Shown piece by piece: positions 59,382-64,000 of a stretch of 64,000 nt of DNA. Location: the NCBI GenBank assembly GCA_963719165.1, contig CAVRAV010000001.1, positions 1,567,565 through 1,631,564 on the forward strand. Direction: 5' to 3'. The stretch comes from an uncultured Actinomycetes bacterium (GTDB taxonomy: Bacteria > Actinomycetota > UBA4738 > HRBIN12). The notes under the pieces are model-generated. The model had not been told where the DNA came from. It saw only the letters and a list, made by a program, of their open reading frames with translations, and did no database searches. The translations under genes and the position numbers were made by a program. The first letter of the stretch is position 1, and each line of letters opens with the position of its first letter.

Positions 59382-59453
59382 GGCCACGCGGTCGCGAGGG
59401 CCGCGAGGCTCTCGCGCGGCGTTGCCCTAACGTCGGCCGAACCCGGCGTCGAG

Positions 59454-59849
59454 CTACGGTTGGGACACGAGGGTCGCCGTGCGGATGTGACAGTAGCTGC
59501 CCAACGGCACGTCCACGCGCAACGTGCGGACCGGTCCCCGCCAGCTGAACTCGCACGCCTTGCCCCGGATCTGATGGATGTCGGCGCTGACGGTGGCCGG
59601 GCCCACGAGGACCCCCACATCCTTCAGGAACCGGAACCGAACACGAGCCCCCGCGGTGGCGTGCGTCCTCGGCGAGCAGTCGACCCGAAGCTCGGTGGTG
59701 TGCACGTCGTCCGGGCCGACGTCACAACCGCCAGGGTTCGCCACGCCGTTGTGTTCGACCCCCAGCCTCGTGATGGGGCCGGCGGCCGCGAACGCCGTGC
59801 CGGCCAGCGCGGTGAGCAAGATCACGGTGGCGATGAACATCTTCTTCAT
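59454..59849 (-). CDS. Secreted hypothetical protein with four Cys
   Basis: MKKMFIATVILLTALAGTAFA signal peptide. Confidence 0.7.
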   Translation of the reverse strand: MKKMFIATVILLTALAGTAFAAAGPITRLGVEHNGVANPGGCDVGPDDVHTTELRVDCSPRTHATAGARVRFRFLKDVGVLVGPATVSADIHQIRGKACEFSWRGPVRTLRVDVPLGSYCHIRTATLVSQP

Positions 59850-60048
59850 ACTTGACCCCCCCGACTCGGACCCATCATCACTACCGCATGATCCGCCCGG
59901 GCGTCCACCCGAGGAGGACGAGGGGCTCGCGGTCGCCGGGAGGATGCGGTCCACGCTCGGTAGACCGCACGGCCGATGGCCGGATATCCGACACCGCATG
60001 CGGGCCCGGCGCGCTAGCGTGTTGCTCGATCCTCACGAGGGAGCCGAC

Positions 60049-61596
60049 GTGGAACGGCATGGCTCGGAGAGTTACTTCGTCATCGGCGAAGGCCTCCTGT
60101 CCGAAAGCCTCGGAGGCCGAGAGCGGAGCCTCGCCGCCGACGTCGCGGCAGACCCGCCGTTCCGCTTCACGAGGATGGGGCCTAAGGGGACCGATCGGCA
60201 GCTGAGCGACGCCAATCGCAAGAAGCTCGGCAACGCCATGGTCACGGCCGGCGGTGGGGAATCGCAGAGCCCGGCCGGCTTCACGTACCTCGGCCAGTTC
60301 GCCGACCACGACCTCACCTCGGACAAGACCAACGTCATGCTCGGCCAGAACGTCTCGCCGGCCGACCTGTTGCAGGGTCGTTCGCCGAGCCTCGATCTGG
60401 ATTCGCTCTACGGCGCGGGGCCGGCGGATCCCGGATCGGCCATGTTCTACGAGGCCGACGGGATCCACCTCAAGATGGGCAAGACCGTCGCTTCAGGCGG
60501 GATCGCGGCCAAGGCCGGGTTCGACCTTCCCCGCGGGGAGGGAACCACAGCCGCCCAGAAGCGCAAGGCCATCATCCCGGAACCCCGCAACGACGAGAAC
60601 CTCGCGGTCGCCCAGACGCACCTCGCCTTCATCCGCTTCCACAACCGCGTCGTCGACACGCTGCCTTCCTCCGTGCCGCCGAGCCAGCGCTTCGTCCACG
60701 CGCGGCGGATCGTCACGCGCCACTACCAGTGGGTACTGCGCACCGACTTCCTTCCCCGCATATGCGCCGCGGGCGTGGTGAACGACGTCTTCACCAACGG
60801 TCGGAAGGCGTTCGAGGTGGGGGCGAGCCCGACGGACGTGCCCACGATGCCGATCGAGTTCTCGGTAGCGGCCTACCGGCTCGGACACTCCATGATCAGG
60901 GACGCGTACAACTGGAACGCCGTGTTCGATAACGGCTCCGGATCGCTCGACCTGCTGTTCGCCTTCTCCGGGCTGAACGGAGACTTCCTCGGCGATCAGC
61001 GTCTGCCCAGCACGTGGATCGCGGACTTCCGACGGCTCTACGACTTCGGCGATGCCGGCAAACCCGGGCTCGTGGTGCCCCCGGCCAAGTCGAACCGGGC
61101 GATGCGCATCGACACGAGGCTCGCGAACCCCCTCGCGCACCTGCCCGGCTTCCCGCCTGCCGAAGACAACCTCGCGGTACGCAACCTGACCCGGGCCCGG
61201 ATGGTGAAGCTCGCGACCGGTCAGCAGATGGTCACGTTCCTGAAGAACAAGGGCGTCACGCTGACGAAGCTCACGAACGGCCAGGTCCGCGACGGGAACA
61301 ACGGGGCTTCGCTGGAGGGGCTCACCGACCAGCAGCGGGCCGCTGTCGTCGCGAACACACCGCTGTGGTTCTACATCCTGCGGGAAGCAGAACTCAACGG
61401 GGGGAAGCTGAAAGGGGTCGGCGCCCGGATCGTCGCCGAGACCTTCCACCGGGCGATAGAGGGCAGCCAGACATCGATCGTGCGCGACGCGACGTGGCAC
61501 CCGACGCTCGGCCCCGATGCCACCACGTTCCGGATGGTCGACCTCCTGTTGTTCGCGTTCGAGGGGAAAAAGTCCCTGCTCGCGCCCCTCGGGTAG
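60049..61596 (+). CDS. Animal-type (peroxidase-cyclooxygenase superfamily) heme peroxidase
   Basis: AGFTYLGQFADHD, LDLDSLYG, RNDEN, FHN, HYQW, EFSVAAYRLGHSMIR, PLWFYILREAE, IVAE. Confidence 0.92.
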   Translation: MERHGSESYFVIGEGLLSESLGGRERSLAADVAADPPFRFTRMGPKGTDRQLSDANRKKLGNAMVTAGGGESQSPAGFTYLGQFADHDLTSDKTNVMLGQNVSPADLLQGRSPSLDLDSLYGAGPADPGSAMFYEADGIHLKMGKTVASGGIAAKAGFDLPRGEGTTAAQKRKAIIPEPRNDENLAVAQTHLAFIRFHNRVVDTLPSSVPPSQRFVHARRIVTRHYQWVLRTDFLPRICAAGVVNDVFTNGRKAFEVGASPTDVPTMPIEFSVAAYRLGHSMIRDAYNWNAVFDNGSGSLDLLFAFSGLNGDFLGDQRLPSTWIADFRRLYDFGDAGKPGLVVPPAKSNRAMRIDTRLANPLAHLPGFPPAEDNLAVRNLTRARMVKLATGQQMVTFLKNKGVTLTKLTNGQVRDGNNGASLEGLTDQQRAAVVANTPLWFYILREAELNGGKLKGVGARIVAETFHRAIEGSQTSIVRDATWHPTLGPDATTFRMVDLLLFAFEGKKSLLAPLG

Positions 61597-61643
61597 GGAA
61601 CGGGCAGAGGCGACCGCACCGGGCGGCGACCGCCGGGGCGGGA

Positions 61644-61700
61644 CGGAGAGGGAGCCGGAGAGGGAGCCGGAGAGGGAGGAGCGGAGAGGGAGAGGGAGGA
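61644..61700 (+). repeat. Purine-rich imperfect tandem repeat (CGGAGAGGGAGC, about 4-5 copies)
   Basis: Read directly; runs into the RBS of the NlpC/P60 gene. Confidence 0.85.
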
Positions 61701-61703
61701 AGC

Positions 61704-62375
61704 ATGAGCGCCAAGAGCTTCCAGGTGACGACCTTCGGGACGGGGTTCCACGATCCGGGACACGCGCTGCCCGAGCAGGCGATCGATCTGGCTCGGGACC
61801 GCCTCCACCAGGTCGCGCCGCCGTACCACTTCCACGACGACCCGAAGCAGGAGCACACCCGCCCCGCGATCCTGACCCTGTTGCAGGAGCGGCTCGCCGA
61901 GGGCACGTTCGGCGACAAGTTCGTGATCAGCGGATCGAACTACGACGAGCCAGGGGTGGCGGTGCGGATCATCCGCGACGACCGGCGGGAGTCGCCGCTC
62001 GTCACCGCGGCCACCAAGCTCCTGGGTGAGAAGTACGTCTTCGGGCACATCTTCCCCCCGGACGGGGACTGTTCGGGTCTCGTGGTCCGGGCGGTTCAGG
62101 AGGTGCGGGGCCTCACGCTCCCGCATCTCTCCGAGGGGATCCGAGTGGACGGCCGCGTTACGACGTTCCACGACCACGACGACACGCAGTCGGGCGACTT
62201 CATCTTCTATCACTTCTCCGATCGCAACGGGGTGTGGCCGCACGCCGACGACATCACGATGGTGGTGGACGACGATCGTCAGATCGGGGCGCGACCCTCG
62301 CGCGGGGGCGTAGCGATCTTCGATCGGGAGCCGGAGCTCCGGTGGTTGGTGGAGTATGGACGTCTGGAGGCCTGA
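61704..62375 (+). CDS. NlpC/P60-like protein
   Basis: A.KLLG.KYVFG, GDCSGLV, LPH.S, GDFIFY. Confidence 0.78.
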   Translation: MSAKSFQVTTFGTGFHDPGHALPEQAIDLARDRLHQVAPPYHFHDDPKQEHTRPAILTLLQERLAEGTFGDKFVISGSNYDEPGVAVRIIRDDRRESPLVTAATKLLGEKYVFGHIFPPDGDCSGLVVRAVQEVRGLTLPHLSEGIRVDGRVTTFHDHDDTQSGDFIFYHFSDRNGVWPHADDITMVVDDDRQIGARPSRGGVAIFDREPELRWLVEYGRLEA

Positions 62376-62456
62376 ACACGGGATCCATGCGCCGGGTGGC
62401 GCTGTAGGCCGCTCGTCGGACCGCGCGCCGCCCGCCGGTTCCCGTAGGGTTTAGCC

Positions 62457-63557
62457 GTGCTACGGAACATCTTGATCGTGATCGGCGCGATCCTCGCGCT
62501 CAACGTGCTCCTCGTGGGCGGGCTGGCCCTGTCGAATTGGCTCGACGCGTCCCGACAGCGTCGGGAGATCCGCGAGCTCGAGAGCATCTGGCGTGCGCAG
62601 CGTCGCGGCGCACGGGAAGTGCCGCGGGCGGGACACACACGCCTCGCGGGCGTGGCGTTCGTGACCGTGCTCTTGGCGGCGACGACGACCCTGGCGAGCC
62701 CGCAAGGCCGCGGGGCCCTCACGTCGGCGATCGGGGTCGTGACCCGCGGACTGCACCCGCAACGGGTCGAGCAGGCAGCCGCTGCCTCCGGCAGCGATGG
62801 CCCGCTCTCGTCGCAGGAGGGACCGGGAGCGAACCGGCAGGCACCCAAGACCCCAGTGGATGCGCGCGACGGGGCCGTTGGCCCGGACGCCACGCCGGTC
62901 CGAGATTCCGCGGTGGCGAGCACGCCCCCGTCGGCGGGACAGGCGGCTCCCTCCACCCCGACCGCAGTGACGATGGTGACCGCGGTCTCGATCTCCCCTC
63001 GTCAGGTCCGGGTGCGCTGGGCCGACGTCCCGAGGGAATCCGGCTATCGGGTGGAACGATCGCTGAACGGGGTCACGGGCTGGGCCCCCGTCGCGAACGT
63101 CAGCCGGGACGCCACGTCCGCCGTCGATACGGGCCTCGTGGCCGACACCACCTACTACTACCGGGTGATCGCGACCAACCTGGGCGGCGATTCCTCGGCT
63201 TCGAGCGTGGCGTCGGCGACGACGAGCGTCGTTCCCGCGACGCCCACGCCGCTCACCGCGATCGCGCTCTCCTCGAGCCAGATCGAGCTCGATTGGACCA
63301 ACGTCGGGAACGAGACCGGGTACCGCGTGGAGCGGATGCTCGTAGGCGACCCCGGCTGGACGACGCTCGCGACCACGGGCCAAGACGTCACGCAGTTCAT
63401 CGACGTCGGCCTCACGGGGGGCACCACGTACTACTACCGGGTGATCGCGATCAACGCCAGCGGCGAATCGGCCCCGACCGATGCTGTGTCCGCCGCGACG
63501 AGCACCGCTCCCGCCGGCGACCCGGAGGCCACGACGGCACCGCCTGTGAGCCCGTAG
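62457..63557 (+). CDS. Membrane protein with two fibronectin type III domains
   Basis: W.D...ESGYRVER..TTYYYRVIA.N..G.S twice; TAGGGT box 6 nt before GTG. Confidence 0.88.
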   Translation: MLRNILIVIGAILALNVLLVGGLALSNWLDASRQRREIRELESIWRAQRRGAREVPRAGHTRLAGVAFVTVLLAATTTLASPQGRGALTSAIGVVTRGLHPQRVEQAAAASGSDGPLSSQEGPGANRQAPKTPVDARDGAVGPDATPVRDSAVASTPPSAGQAAPSTPTAVTMVTAVSISPRQVRVRWADVPRESGYRVERSLNGVTGWAPVANVSRDATSAVDTGLVADTTYYYRVIATNLGGDSSASSVASATTSVVPATPTPLTAIALSSSQIELDWTNVGNETGYRVERMLVGDPGWTTLATTGQDVTQFIDVGLTGGTTYYYRVIAINASGESAPTDAVSAATSTAPAGDPEATTAPPVSP

Positions 63558-63618
63558 GTCGGTCGATAGGCAGGCCCGCAGACCATTCGTCATCGGGTCG
63601 CCGACGACCGCTTCGTTA

Positions 63619-63647
63619 TTGCCTTTCGCTTACGCCTGCGGCACCAT
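63619..63647 (+). promoter_or_regulatory. Putative sigma70-type promoter (TTGCCT-17 nt-CACCAT)
   Basis: -35-like 63619-63624, 17-nt spacer, -10-like 63642-63647; implied start near 63654. Confidence 0.45.
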
Positions 63648-63653
63648 AGGGGC

Positions 63654-63903
63654 ACGAGAGGAAGGAGGTGGTCCAGCTTGCATGAACAAGACGAGACCCT
63701 CGAGGTGACTGGCTGCTGAGCCGTCCCTCGCGGGCCGGGGCCACCATCCCGCCCGCTTGCCGGGAGACCGGCAGAATCCACACCAGCTCACCGACCTCAC
63801 GGGTTCCGGCTGGTCTACCGGACGAAGCCTCGTATGAGGCCGCAGCGCCTGTGAGGAGATCCAGCGAACGAGGCCGGGCCCCGGTTGGGGCCCGGCCGTT
63901 CGC
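63654..63903 (+). ncRNA. Candidate structured small RNA with extended anti-16S (super Shine-Dalgarno) 5' segment and micro-ORF
   Basis: AGGAAGGAGGTGGTCCAGCTTGCA; GAGA-tetraloop hairpin 63758-63773; CCTCACGGG/CCTGTGAGG stem enclosing two hairpins; terminal hairpin. Confidence 0.6.
63864..63903 (+). terminator. Strong GC hairpin, probable intrinsic terminator without U-tract
   Basis: GCGAACG-A-GGCCGGGCCCC-ggtt-GGGGCCCGGCC-GTTCGC. Confidence 0.65.
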
Positions 63904-63973
63904 ATTGCGGGGCCCCGGGGTGCCCCTCGACATGGTGCAGGGCAACGACGTGGCCGGTCGTATGCTCGCGTGC

Positions 63974-64000
63974 ATGCGCATGGCTTTCCGCAACCTCCCC
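63974..64000 (+). CDS. Probable 5' end of a leaderless gene running out of the window (MRMAFRNLP...)
   Basis: TATGCT at 63961-63966, 7 nt before ATG. Confidence 0.4.

Noticed and set aside
63659-63683. Fragment of a 16S rRNA gene on the minus strand
   Set aside because: Similarity stops after about 24 nt; flanks do not resemble 16S helix 44/45 or an ITS
63654-63903. tmRNA, tRNA, RNase P or SRP identity for the candidate RNA
   Set aside because: No GGGG..TCCACCA acceptor ends with T-loop, no Ala-rich tag ending, no RNase P P4 or SRP helix-8 motifs recognised; Ms1/6S-like identity cannot be excluded without Rfam
63616-63993. Minus-strand ORFs 63616..63993, 63630..63905 and 63590..63781
   Set aside because: No protein-like features or coding bias; they overlap the structured RNA candidate

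Overview
Very GC-rich (roughly 70%), gene-dense bacterial DNA that reads as Actinomycetota: F420-dependent Ddn- and LLM-family oxidoreductases, a mycothiol-type Zn alcohol dehydrogenase, a DUF2252 protein, and many apparently leaderless genes with a TANNNT box 6-7 nt before the start codon. About 68 protein-coding loci are present, mostly housekeeping or accessory. They include mmuM followed by a rearranged sarcosine-oxidase-like operon (soxD-A-G-B) and a phytoene-desaturase-like gene, translation quality-control genes (YbaK-like, ArfB, DEAD-box helicase), cyclic-nucleotide signalling genes (FIST plus adenylate cyclase, LipJ-like cyclase, cNMP-binding protein, GGDEF), cell-wall peptidases and many secreted proteins. 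I found no tRNA, rRNA, CRISPR array or mobile element. Seven genes carry single-base frameshifts, several in homopolymers, which most likely are long-read errors. The most striking unexplained element is a candidate stand-alone structured RNA of about 250 nt at about 63654-63903. Its 5' end is complementary over about 20-24 nt to the canonical 3' end of 16S rRNA, it has an internal sequestering segment, a tiny ORF, a multi-branch 3' domain, and its own promoter-like and terminator-like elements. The second candidate is a SLATT / patatin / papain-like peptidase operon at 42962-45325. All calls rest on motif recognition by eye; no database searches were run.
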